From Phoronis australis (Eukaryota; Animalia; Phoronida), in assembly GCA_002633005.1 (NCBI GenBank), contig NMRA01000042.1:308838-372837 (forward strand): a stretch of DNA of 64,000 bases. The letters run 5' to 3'. Positions within the stretch are counted from its first letter, which is position 1. Each line of letters opens with the position of its first letter. Of this stretch, positions 1 through 12,800 are shown piece after piece. A model generated the notes under the pieces. It did not search any database. It saw only the letters and a program-made list of their open reading frames with translations, and was not told the DNA's origin. The translations under genes were made by a program, and so were the position numbers.

Positions 1-165
1 TATATAACAATCTTCAGTGTAGACTGTCACAACATGAATATAACAATCTCCCAGTGTAGACTGTCACAACATGTATATAACAATGTTCAGTGTAGACTGT
101 CACAACATGTATGTAACAATCTCCCAGTGTAGACTGTCACAACATGTATATAACATTCTTCAGTG
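1..165. repeat. Minisatellite of alternating 36/37-bp units (tatataacaatct[t/cc]cagtgtagactgtcacaacatg), about 4.5 copies, truncated by the window edge
   Basis: Units at 1-36, 37-73, 74-109, 110-146, partial to ~165. Confidence 0.95.
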
Positions 166-1079
166 CTTTGTCCCAACGGCCTTGGGAATGAAATAAATGT
201 TTTCCCTTAGAATACTGAAAACACAATTACTTGTTGGTACTATTTTGTTGCTTTGTTTAAGTGTCTTATTATGATTAACACACAGTTCTGGTGGGATAAG
301 TGTGAAAATGATCACTGTCAGTAAAGTGTAATGAAGGTGAATGCATTAAAATTCCTAAAAGTGAATTTTTTGTTGAACGTATGTGATGTGCATGTCAGTG
401 AAAGACTTTCAGGAAGTAATGGTATCTGATCGCATGGACTGGTGACTCGCAGCGCCACCTAGCAGTACTAAGAGGTACTTTGTCTTCATAGGTGGTGGAA
501 AAGATTGTTTTCGTGAAAGGATCCTTTTACAATGTATGCAATTGAATGTGATGTGTTTTAAACAGAAGTCCTCTAGAGGTCACTAGTATCTGGTCCCATG
601 TGTTCAGTCACCACTTTGCTATTTGAAAGTCTCCCATTCTTCTAATGAAAAAAGTTGAAGTATGAACCATTTCTATGTCTGACTTGAGTATAAAAACAAG
701 TGGGTGGTCTTAGTTCATGGTTTGACATTATTGCTTGCCTTTCAATCTGTTATTGATACTACCGGGTATATCCAACTGTTTTCAGTTTCTATGCATCTTA
801 ATTCATGATTAGTTACAACTGTTAGTGAATAATGTAATTGCTTTGCATTGGAAATAATGGTCACAGACCAATACTGCTATTATTTTACCTATTTCAAATA
901 TTAGTTTTAATTATTATAAAATTTGTGATCATAAATTTTTTTGTTTTTGTTTTTACAGTATTATTATAAGTGTTTTAAGAAAATTAAAATGGACTGAATG
1001 TGAATTCATAATTAATTACTAAAAATACTCTTCTTCCATTTAGGAGAGGTTCTACAGTTTTGATTCTTGTCCCTTTCAG

Positions 1080-1290
1080 TTCTCGTTCCCCCAAGGCTGC
1101 AGAAGAGGTGGTCACCATTGATGGTCTGGGAAGAACAACGCCAAGTGTTGAGATGAACTCAGAGCAATATGTGGCATTCTCCCAACAACAGATGGAGCTG
1201 GGATCAGGTGCCCCACTAAGTGGAGCTACAGGCTACTCAGATAGTGAAGAAGAGTATGACGAAGATGGTGAACCATGCAGTGCTGTGTAG
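1080..1290 (+). CDS. Terminal coding exon of an unidentified upstream gene; acidic C-terminus ending CSAV
   Basis: Acceptor ttgtccctttcag|t at 1079/1080; open frame SRSPKAAEEVVTIDG...SDSEEEYDEDGEPCSAV*; higher GC than flanks; followed by U-rich UTR-like DNA. Confidence 0.7.
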
Positions 1291-3090
1291 AAATGTCATA
1301 CAACGTGGTTTGTTATCGGAAATTTGCTGGAAAGCGCTGTGTGCATATGAGACATGCTGTAGTGGTTCACATGAAGGAGAACAGACAGTCGACTTTAGGT
1401 CAGACATGAAATGTTTTCCAAAAAAAGAGATGTTCTGTTGCTTCTGGCTTGATGTCTCTCAAAAGATAGGTCAGCCATTATTTCTTTGTTGTGTTAGATA
1501 TTTCTATTTTGTTGAAAAAGATCGACACATGCACCAAAATGTACTGCCTTGTAATGGCAACTCTTTAACAATGCTTGGGTCATCCAGGGCTGTATTCACT
1601 GGCTTTGTGAGAAATGCAATGCAATGGTCTTCTCTTGCCATAAATGAACTATGAAATTACGGTTTCTCAAAAACCTGCAGACTTTCCATCCAAGGTTGGT
1701 ACTTACACTGTCTCTTCAGTTTTTTGCACTGAAAAATTATTAATAGGATGAGAATTTCATGTTTTTTCTAATAGAAAGAAGTGGAATTTTCCACAGGACT
1801 GCATTCCGGTTTTAATTACTTACTATTAACTAACATTCCTAAATGGTCGAGCTTTTTCAAATGTCAGGTGTGATCCTAATTTTTTAGGATATCCGTGTAT
1901 TGTTTATGGAGTTTTTGCTATATATTTGAATGAAAATGAATTTAAGACATGCTGAGATACTTTCCGTTTTCATGCTATTTAAGAGAATTGTGGGTAAAAG
2001 TTACTGTTTGTGAAATGGTGTCTATCCACTGGCAGTTTCCCATGTTTAAAATGGTATTATTGTTATTATTATCGTAGTTATCATTATAATTTGTAATCAT
2101 AGTTAGCTTGGTATACTGCTAAGTGTAATAGCTTAAAGGATCTGGAGTAGAACAGTTTTCATTTTCGAGTATGTACAATTGTCCATTTCTTCAATTGTTT
2201 TGTTAAGATGTATCAATAACAAATGTAATGAATAATTCTTTCAATAGTGAGGCACAGGCTTCAAAATAAGGAAAGCGAAGACCACAACCACTTTTGTTAT
2301 TTTGGCTTGACTGGTCTAATATTGATTGTTATGCTAACTTATTCATACTTTGTGTAAGAAGTCTTCCTCAAGAGAGAAAAAATTGTTTTGATTTCACTTG
2401 GAGGAAGTTGTTAACATTGATATTATGTGGAATTAGAAAACTATATTTGTCACTTAATGGCAACAACGATTATTTCTGGAGCTATTGTTTTAGTCCCGTT
2501 ATGGAATTGACTGTGGAGGTATGTTGATCTTCACAGTCTAAAAAATCTCAAGTAAAATCATTAAAGCTACAATTTAGTTGTGGTTGGAAGAAACACAAAT
2601 TGCTAAGAATCTCACTCTGTATCACTATTATTTTTATTGTTAATTCCACATTTTAAAAAGTATTGAAACTCATTTGGTGATGAAGAGGGTTTATAGCTAG
2701 CTAAGAAAATACAGTGGTGTTAAATATTTTTTAAACAAAATAATAAGTTACTAATTTTATTGATTCTGTGTCTACTGAAGGGTTTAAGCCAATTCATTCA
2801 AGGACTGGGTTGAGAATGGTCTTTTGGCTTATGTCTTTCTTAACGAAGTTTTTATTTATTTGTGATTTTTAAACCTGAAAGATATTTTCAGTCATTGTTG
2901 AAATCAGAGATTGATTTACAACCGGTGTCCTTTTTTATTAGGTGTTTTATATGGACAATGACTTGGGAGATGTTCCAACAGTTATTTTATGGTATCGTTT
3001 AATTATATGTCGAGAGATCATCAGTGAACCACATAAAATGTGTTGTGCATTGTTATTTATTAATAAATGCTTTAATTGAACGTTTGGAGA
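1291..3090 (+). other. Putative 3' UTR of the upstream gene with AATAAA at 3062-3067
   Basis: T-rich, CpG-poor composition; AATAAA followed by a GT/T-rich tract. Confidence 0.45.
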
Positions 3091-4364
3091 TGTTTCTTTT
3101 AACTTTCAACGTGGAGAAGCTCTGTTTTGTAGCATTGGCTGTAAGGGATGGCCCGTCTCACACGGGACAGATGGCAATGGGTTGTAAAAGGTGGTGTCTT
3201 TAGTGCAAAAATAAGCTGAGACTTATGCTTACTGAAGATTTGCATAAACAGTGTTGAATTTCTTTAAAAATACATTTTAGTTAAACAATTTACAATTACA
3301 AAAGTAAATTTAAGGCAATCCAGCTTGGTCAAAACCTGTTCTCGGATGTACAATAACAAGAATTTAATATAAAATGCATGTTTGTTTTGTGTATGTCTGA
3401 TGGTGTAGCAACAAATTGGTCTCACAGTTGAATAAAATTGGCCTTCACTCTATGAAATTCAAAACATTTATAATGAAAAGCGCAAATCCTTACAGTGTTG
3501 TAATTTTCGAAATTTGCCTATGTTAGTGACATGTTTCTGTTGAGAACACTCATTCTATGTTCTAAAGTAACAAAAACACGAGGCATGATGTCTTTTACAC
3601 ATATTCTCTTGGGGACGGAATTGGGTGAGATATTTACGAAAATTCCAGTATATAGTCATGACTCGATCGTCAATCCCGGTCCCCTCTAAAACAGTTCATC
3701 TGCCGAAAATAACATGTCCGCGGATAACCGACAAGCTGATTGGATTAACTTAAATTGTGTGCCCTATCTTCAGCGTTCAGTGGGGGTGAGATAGACTAGT
3801 GCTTATCGGACACATCATGGCGTATCACCGTCTTTCATACACGTCTTAAATATTTTCAACGATACGACCGATTAGCCCCTGGTTGTTCAACAATATGAAA
3901 GAAATTCCCCCACTTGTCAATGACACTGCAAAGCACATATTTCCCTTGGATTCTGTCTCTCCCTCCTACATCGCCGGACACAGATTGCTACGTGGCGTCT
4001 GTTCAGTGCCAGTTTTTTTCCATTAATATTTCTAGTTCTCCACCTTTGAAAAGGATTATAACTATTTTGTGAATTTTTCGTAGATTTTCGTACAATGTTT
4101 ACATTTCATTTGCTCTCTGAAAATAGAACTTTGTGTTTGCAACTTTCATTGCGCCACAGGAGCGATTACGTCTAAGCTAATTATGGCGTAGACGTGTTTA
4201 ATTTCAATTGTTCGTTAAAGGGTGTGCTTAGCTTACGTTTTAGAAAATATGCGAGTACCACCGAAACAACATTACAACATTTGTAAATTAATTTATCTCT
4301 GATAAATTGATTTTCAGGACATATCTTTTTGTTTACGTTAAGAATTTTCCAACACCCGGTGTAG

Positions 4365-4457
4365 AGTTGAACCACAGTACACAAAAGATACAAGCCATAG
4401 GTTACCGTAGTTGAACCACAGTACACAAAAGATACAAGCCATAGGTTACCGTAGTTG
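4365..4457. repeat. 44-bp tandem duplication
   Basis: agttgaaccacagtacacaaaagatacaagccataggttaccgt x2. Confidence 0.9.
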
Positions 4458-7279
4458 CAGGTTGAACTGAAAGAGATGTGGCTGCGGTTCGTAAACCCAA
4501 GAAATTCGTATGAACTCACGATCACGCAAGACTTTGCGAGATATCGCAATGCATTACCACCAAATCGCTTGGTCACCTTTAGATTTACTCGCGAAATTCC
4601 TGCGACTACGGAACGCAGACTTGATTAGCGGCATTCAGTGAATAGCCGGCCCTGTGCTCTTTCTAACGCTGGTATCCCTAAGACTGGATAATAAAACAAG
4701 GCTATCGTTGACATCGGGGATAACAAAGACTATCAAATAGATGTGCCTAGTAACTGAATGACCATTAAACGGCGAGACACTCTAAACAGCCCACACCCCT
4801 CCGACCAAAAATGCCGCACTCACGCCGTGTGAAGGGCTTCATTACACGTACAGTCCGAAGATTCTGCGTGCCGTATTAACACGTTCCTTACTAAGATGGA
4901 AAAATTGTCAATTAGCTTTTCCTTGAGATCATGCAGGCTCGATAGCTCGTAACGGAAGATCATTTTATGTGACGATCATAATGTGAAGGACGACTACCAA
5001 ACTATCAATTTTTCTCAATCTCCGACTGCAGAAATCAGACTTCATTTGAGTAAGGAACAAGTTGTGACCAAGAGTGGGTTAAATCAAAAATAAGTTTCTT
5101 CGGCGGTTGAAGGAGGTTTACAGCCAAAATTGACGGAGAACGAGAAATGGGTCGTGATGTGTATTGTGCAGTAGCCTTATAAAACGTTAATGATGCGATT
5201 TTGTCAAGATCTGCCAAGGACCTGTTAATTGAGCTTTACTAAAAGTATTCTAAGAGTTTGAAACTCACAACAACTTTTCTAAAATGAGAACATTATAAAC
5301 GCCGTCGCTGGCTATCAGTCTTCCGGGCAATGATACAAAGATAAAAGCTACTGCATCAGACAACTATCAGATTCGTGTTTTATATAATACTTTAATGTAT
5401 AGTAAGATAATACGTATTGCTACTACTACATTTGGTACTGTTTAGCAGTTATAGCTATAGAGGTAGATGAAAAATGTGTCAGTGAGTGCACTCTGGTGTT
5501 TTGTAATTCTGTTAAATCTCAGCGTTCTATCCTCTTAACTACGTCACTAAGTAGATGTGTACTTGCGCCTTGAGGTCGTGAGATAATATTGTGGTTTAAC
5601 GTCATTTGTAGGAACTGAGTTTAATTGGTGTGAAAAAGTTTATTAGCCTTTCGGATTGCGCATTACTCCAGCAACTGATAACCAATAACTATTTCGTAGC
5701 GTGAAGTCACCGGGGAATGTCCTCGATAAGAAATCATGAAGAAAGCTGATGTGCGTTGGAAAATATTGTTTCTTCATCACAATAAGCCTGTTACCTAATT
5801 TTGATTTGAATATTGCATGGTAAACTTCTGTTTCTAATTAAATGTGTTTGGCTTTTAATTTTGCTTTGAAAGATCAACCGGTACTTCTAGAAAATGATTG
5901 TAAACATTTATGTTTTGTTCTCTACGATATAGAGGGAAACGCAGTATTTCTACCAGGCATATGCTTGTTGACTGAAATAGACTTTACATGGACCGATTCT
6001 TGAAATTAAAGTTTAAACACTATACAAATTCATCATAATTAAAACTGCACCCGAAAAAATTATGCGCTCCGTCCTGTTTGTGAATCCGTCTGCATCTGAA
6101 CTTAGGTGCTTGCTCGTACATACGAAACATGTAAAACCATTGGTGAGTTTTGTAACATGCGAGAGAAGGTTACACAACACATGCTAGAACTGCAGGTAAT
6201 GACAAATCAAATGCCTTCATTTCTCAAGTCTTGTAGTTTGAAACGTTGTCTATAGGAAAATCTAAGAAGGTGTATTCACTCAGCGGCGAAACTTATTTTT
6301 TGGGGTTTTCAGGTTTCCTAACAGTCGGACACATATCGACGAAAAATCTTGTCACGTTTTGTAAAACTGGAATAAAAAATAATGGTATTATATTTATATT
6401 CGTATAAATAACCACATTCGCTACTTGACACCAATCTGCTTTGAATTATGGCAGTTCGGCTTCTTGAGAGAATACGATCTGGAGGCGTAGTAAAAAATCG
6501 TGCACGTGTTGTGGTAACTTAGGGGATGGAAACGACTGTGTGCCTTTGCTGGTCACCCAATCATGTAATTTTACTGTTTTGTTTGATGTAAAAATAAACC
6601 ATGTTGTTCTCCCTTTTGATTCCATTGCCGCACCTTTAGAAATTCCAGCTTCGACCCCGAAGATTTTAAAACACCAAACTCGCGGTTCTTGCCGCGTACC
6701 TGAAACTCCACGCACGGTTGGAAAATACTCCCTACCCAGTAGTAACAAAGCTCCAGACCTGGACCCAGGGTCTGGAATCTGGATCCCCAAGTACCACTGG
6801 AAATGTGGTCACCGGATATGTAATGTTTTCGGCGCATGTGTGGAATTCAAGGGCGTAGGTATGAATTTGTACCGCGTGTTTGATGTTTTCTGGTTCGGGA
6901 CACAGGCGGACCTAGAGTGTAGTAAGGGGGAGGGTCAGCGGGTCCCAACCATAAGTTTTGAATGAGAGATGTCCGAATGGTAAACCTGAAAACGACACTT
7001 TGGTTGAGTCCAAAGGGGTAGGTGTGCTCGCTGGGCTCCAGTAAATCCGCTTATGCGATACCTGGGATTCAGGGGATCATACGGCTTGAATTTAGAGACA
7101 CGGCTGTGGAATCGTTTTCCTCCCCTACGACTGCCATGAAGCAAAATGTATGATATCCAACCCGTTCACAGTTAATTGGCAACAGCCCTGGGACTCCTAT
7201 CAATATTCGCGTTTGCTGTCCCACACGGTAACCGCAGGCCCGAGGTAATATGGCAGTGTTGATTTCGTGCGACGGTTTT

Positions 7280-7400
7280 AAGCGTAATCGTAGATTGGCC
7301 GGCGATAGTAAATACTAAGAGATGTTAGTTGGTCGCTTGCGCATGCCGAGTGAGAGCGTGGAATGTGTGTAACGAATACGTTAATCCCGCGGAGATCAAA
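7280..7400 (+). promoter_or_regulatory. Candidate CPAMD8 promoter region (inverted CCAAT box, NRF1-like ttgcgcatgcc)
   Basis: gattggcc at ~7293 and tgcgcatgc at ~7338, in a CpG-richer stretch ~550 bp upstream of the ATG; TSS not determinable. Confidence 0.25.
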
Positions 7401-7897
7401 AGGGTTTGTTACACAAGAACGTTATCTAATTGTTGAGGAACTCGGACCCCTGGTAAACATGCTCTCTTAAAGTTGCCGACGGACGAAGCGGTTATTTTTT
7501 GTAAATACACGCGAGCAGTCGGTTGGTAGTCTGGAGTCAATTTGGGAAAATTTTTCCCCCTACTTCACAGGAATTTCAAGGTTATTGACTGGGTCGCACA
7601 CACTGGATCTTTAGAATCGGGAATTAATTGGATTTGATTGACGTTCATTGTCGGCAAGTTTTTTTCAGTCGGAAGATTCGTCAATTTGCTGCACTGAAAA
7701 TACCGGCCTGGAATTTCTTTGATAAAAAATCGAGAGTGCCGTGTTTCGTTCAGCCCAGTGTCAGTTGGCACATTGCATCCGATTCGCCAAACTAGAGGAT
7801 GAACGTGATGAAGCTACTCTGTGAAGATGAGCGATGAGCAAGCTTTTGTCAGAAGGACAATACGTTGTTGAAATTATCTATTTTATAAACTTAAATC

Positions 7898-7971
7898 ATG
7901 GATGTAAGGACACTTTTGTCGTTCTGTGTAGGATGGATATTCCTGAGGACAAAATTCATTGCGGCAAATAG
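7898..7971 (+). CDS. CPAMD8: CPAMD8 exon 1, putative signal peptide [25 protein letters not shown]
   Basis: atcATGg context, hydrophobic stretch, strong donor ag|gtgagt; phase 2 matches acceptor at 13247. Confidence 0.75.
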
Positions 7972-9714
7972 GTGAGTAGATAGGCAACAATTTTGACGTT
8001 TCGACATGTTCACGAAAATCATCAGATGTAAAGCAGCAATTGAAGTTAGTAAAATTATAGATCCCAAGTTTTGGCTACACCCTGGAGTTTACTGAAAACC
8101 TGTTAATAGTGTCCAAATCAAACTTCGAAATGCTATTTAAATTCATTTTATTATCGCTGTTTTCAACCATCTACCAAAAAAGTCATTGCATAATTGTACA
8201 GGTCATCTACCTTATCAATAACCTGTAGTTGTGACGTAAGTCACTTTTTGACAAGTTAGATAGCCAGTGCTCAACTTTTGTATATTAAAGGAATCAAATT
8301 GAGATGGTTACAAACTTGTTGGAGACCGCAGATTCGAGACTTGCTCATCTCGCACATATTCCCCTACACGTCTCGTGGTTCAGACAGTCAGCACTAAGTC
8401 ACCTTGTGGTGAGATTAAACAGTATACCGAAACGCATTGTTTATTTGTCGTGAAAACTGTTCTGTTGTTACACGAGAATCAATCTTTGTCGGATTCAGAT
8501 AAACAAAGGTTTCATTCGAGTGAAGACTGAAGTTCATTTTCCCAGTTCTGTGCAACAGAAGGCTTTCCCATATCACTAAAAAATAGTCCTTTCGAGTTGG
8601 GACTCACAGTGTCACTGTTATTTTGGGTGGTAGGTTCTTGTATGTATCTCAACGGTGAGAATTGTATTGTCTTGATTTTGGGTTTGCCAAAAAGTAAGAC
8701 TGGTTAACACTTCAATCTTTTCTCAATTATTCTTGTCCAAGGTGGAGTTCAAGTGTACTGTGTTGGTGTTGGAGATCTTGGCTATAAACCAGCTTTCTGT
8801 GAAAAACAACTTTTGATTTAACCACTTACTTTTATCAAGCTGGTCTCTGCATGTTCCAGAAAAGAAGTGATTTCTGGTTATGGGAAAAACTGACAATTCG
8901 TTATTGCTTGTGGCCAGACTCAGTGTTGGCTTGACACTGCGGGTCGCTTTACACGCCGAGCATGACGTCAAGCATGGAAGAGCGGTGAGTTCTTCCCAAA
9001 CTCATCAATCATTTCTTATATGGACGGCAAAAATGTTTGGTTTTTGGACGAAATTTAGTTTAACGAAGGCTTAAACCATCTCAAACTCGTTTAATCTTTG
9101 TTTCAAGTCGGACAATTTTGGAACTCCGAGAACTCACATTGTGTACTATCCGTGACGAAGACTGTTGTCAGAAAACCGGTCTCGTGGTGGTTGAGTATTG
9201 CGTGTTCGCAAAGCGTTAGTTTATCTTCAGGTGTGAAACACTTGTAGTAATTAACCGACGTTACTGTTGTAATCTTGTTAAGCTTATCCTAACACAAACA
9301 ACAACTGAGTGAGATGGGCAGGGAAGTTTTCAATCTAAACAAACGCGTGGAAGTTCCAATTTAGCACGGATTTCGACAGCGTAAAAACCTACGAGGCACA
9401 CTGGTACGAGAAATGACCAGACTACAGTGCCGCGTTTGCGTGCCCACTATAGATCCGTCGGAGGGTAAAACGCATTGGGGTGGGTTTAAATCAAAGCCCC
9501 TGCGTTGTTCTTCATCAAAGTCTCTGACCTCATGATTGAAACACAAAAATGCCCAGTAGGAGAACACTTGCACTTCGAAGACTTCAGCCGGTTGCCGTAA
9601 TTTTCGCCCCTCGTCACTACGCATATTACGAAAAGTTTAATGCAGTAAAACGCCAGGAAAGTTAATTCTTTTAATTACACTGTCATCACCATCATCACCA
9701 TCACCACCATCATC

Positions 9715-9810
<96 letters not shown>

Positions 9811-12800
9811 TTCATTGTCATTAAATCTCATTTGCGTCATTATTGCCACTATCGTCATCGCTACAATGAATAGAAGATTACAATATGTGACATTTGTGAA
9901 ATCGACAAGTGCAATTAAGAAAACCCAACTTGGTTCAAAATTAAACACTTCAACCTTTTTGGCAACAGTTGCGGTGTGCTCGCCCGAGTGACACATTTAG
10001 TCGATTACTTCAAGATGTTCCTTTTTTTCTTTCCAGATGTTTCATTCGACGTTGTGGGAACTGCACATGTAACATATTTGACAAAAATTGTGAAACGCTT
10101 GTCTCGCTTATTTTCCCGCGGCTCACAGATTTGAAAAGAATCAATCAAATCATCACAATGGTTCGACAAGATATCCAAATTTAACCACTAAAAGCTTGTT
10201 GAACGCAAAATATGAAATTACGGTAACATATAATAAATCTTTATTTAGAATTTGAAAAGTCACAGACATACATATTCCAAAAGATAAACATTCAATGTAA
10301 TATCAGGGAAAAATTCATGACACAATCTTGTATTCTTTGACAGTCGGTTTTTCATTGTTTATGCTCCCATTGCACGGTACAACGGTTGTCTCCTTTATTT
10401 TTTCCAAATTTTTTAACAGAATGCTTCAAGACGTTCTACGATTTCGAGTAGACATCCAAAGTAAAAACTTTAATACCTTATTGCAAAAACGCAAAATGTC
10501 AAAAAGCTGGTGAAATGGTGCTCCTTTAGTTTGAAAAGCCACGGATTTACATATTCTAAAAGAAGCTTTAATTTTCCAAAAGTAATTACACGATATTTGT
10601 GTGAAATAAAAGACATGAACGTGTTTCGCTTTTCAATCAGCATCAAGGTTAGAATATTGCCATTTGGTCACAAGAGGATACACACTATTGGTCCACGTAA
10701 TGTTGTCCAACAATCTGCAAATCTAATTGGCTGGCTGCTTCTTGTATTCCTAACAACCAAAACATATTTTTAGTTCTACAGGTAATTTATAAAACTCTAA
10801 ATATAGCTTTCAACAGGTGCAAGAAAAGTTTTTGACCATCTGCATTCACTGGGAGATGTGTAGTCTCGACTTGTCTGAAATTGTAAAGAATGTTAACGCT
10901 GTGTGAATACACGTTAATGACCTCAACTAATCTGTTAAACCTGAAATATTATATTTCCTCTGACGAAAACATTTTTGTTTGAAGATCGGATGACAAATGA
11001 TACACACTGGCGTAAGCGTTGCCACACTGTACGTAATTTATTTCAAGTCGTTGCTTGAGCCAAAAAAGCACGTGTGGTTCTGGTCTGTGGTTGATTTCAA
11101 AATTGCTGCGGAGATGCCATGTATTTCTAGTTGCTTAGTTTTTTCGAAATTAAAATTCTCCTGACACCTGCACAACAACAAGGTCCGATATTTATCTATG
11201 TGCTAAAGTAATGCAGCGACACCTTTTTGTTTTGCCCAACTCACACCAGCTTCCATCATTCAGAGGCGCTATTGGCTGTGCACATTCGATTAAATGTACT
11301 TCAAAAGCACCAACAATACTTATTTTACATGTACTTTAATGTTGCTGGCCAGAAAAATGTATCTAATTATATATTTAGTCAATTCTTCTTAATCATAAAA
11401 TAGATATGCAATTACCTATGTCACGTTCGAGTTCAAGAAACAAAACTTCTTTTTTCGAGTAATGTGGAATGCACACACCGGCGGCGATTTCAACCCGTTT
11501 CTAAATTTTCAACAAATATCAACCATTTGTACAACTCTTTCACTTCCGTTCCTGACATTGCAGTTTTATAGGTAAACATAGCGACAACAAGGCAAATATT
11601 TATGCAATTGCTGCTCAAAGATATTTATTACACGTTGTTCATTTTTGTATAACCTTTATGAGACACGAAAGTAGATACGCAGCTGTACTGTAACCAAAAT
11701 AACGTGTTCGACTCAATCGAAATACTCAAGCAGTGAACATGGTGATCGCAGCGTTCATCCTCTCGATTATTGCTCAAGTAACGCAGTTAGGCACTAAAAA
11801 CGTGCATTTCATTTTCAATAGATTTAGAGACAACGACGAGTCCTACGTAAAATATGGCAAACGGGTTAAGAACTTAACGCGTAACTTGGCTCGTGATTGG
11901 TTGTTCAGCCAAATTAGTCTCCGCGCAGCTTCGCGAGTAACTTTGCTTTTGATTGGTCGATCAGGCAAAATAACGCACCTCGTTGGTTTCCTGCGTGCCA
12001 GCACGCGTGCTGGCTACCACCTAGCCGCACGCAGGGAACCAGCGAGAAAAACGCACATAGTCGTGCGTCATTTGCCTACCGTGAGGTAAAATGACCCCAC
12101 CCTCAAGAGACGATGCCCAACAACTAGTCCAGCGATTTGTTGGAAAAACCGTGGCCACTGTTGAATGGGGAGTGGGCAAAACTTCACGACGGTGGCCATG
12201 GACACCCGGCGGGGGGGAAGGGATGAGCGAGCGGCGAAGTTAGTGGCGATTACCCGGGGAAATAATGAAGGAACCTCATAGGAAATGTTGGCATTGACTG
12301 CTTGCCTCGACATGGATCCGCTTCTGATAGAGAGCTTGCTCCGTGCGGAGTTATAGCTTCTGATTATTTCGGGCGAAGCTATACACGCGCGCTTTGAATT
12401 GATGCTGGTATAAATAACCTTGCGAGCAAGGCGATACCGGAAGGCCAGGTGATCGACAGAAAGGCATGGGGGGAGGGCTCACAATAGGGGGCTGGGAGGC
12501 TATAGCCCCCCACTTTTCAGTGCTGCGCCGTCCATGAATGGTCGATGGTTATTGGCCCAATAGAATGACAAAACTGAGCTAATGAAAATCGCATCAGTGT
12601 AAAGAAATTGAAGTATTTTTGATAAAAAGCTCCCGTCGATCGTGAGATAAACTCAATTAATTCTGTTCTATTTTGGCATACCAGTTAATTCAATTCATCG
12701 CTTTATACGTGTTTTTCGGATCTACTAGCCTTATTCAAAAAGTCCTCCTCTAATGGATTACTGGTGACCTAGTTTTGTCTGAGAGTAACTCTTTAAATCT

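Noticed and set aside
1-165. CRISPR-like 36-37 bp repeats
   Set aside because: Units are contiguous with no unique spacers, no cas genes, eukaryotic context
1220-1654. 144-aa Cys-rich ORF
   Set aside because: Non-ATG start, overlaps the better-supported terminal exon and runs into UTR-like sequence
6446-7144. Overlapping ORFs upstream of CPAMD8
   Set aside because: No recognisable domain or splice structure; probably decayed repeat sequence
9637-9996. Poly-Asp ORF resembling a biomineralisation protein
   Set aside because: Produced by a (CAT)n microsatellite read antisense inside an intron; no splice or gene support
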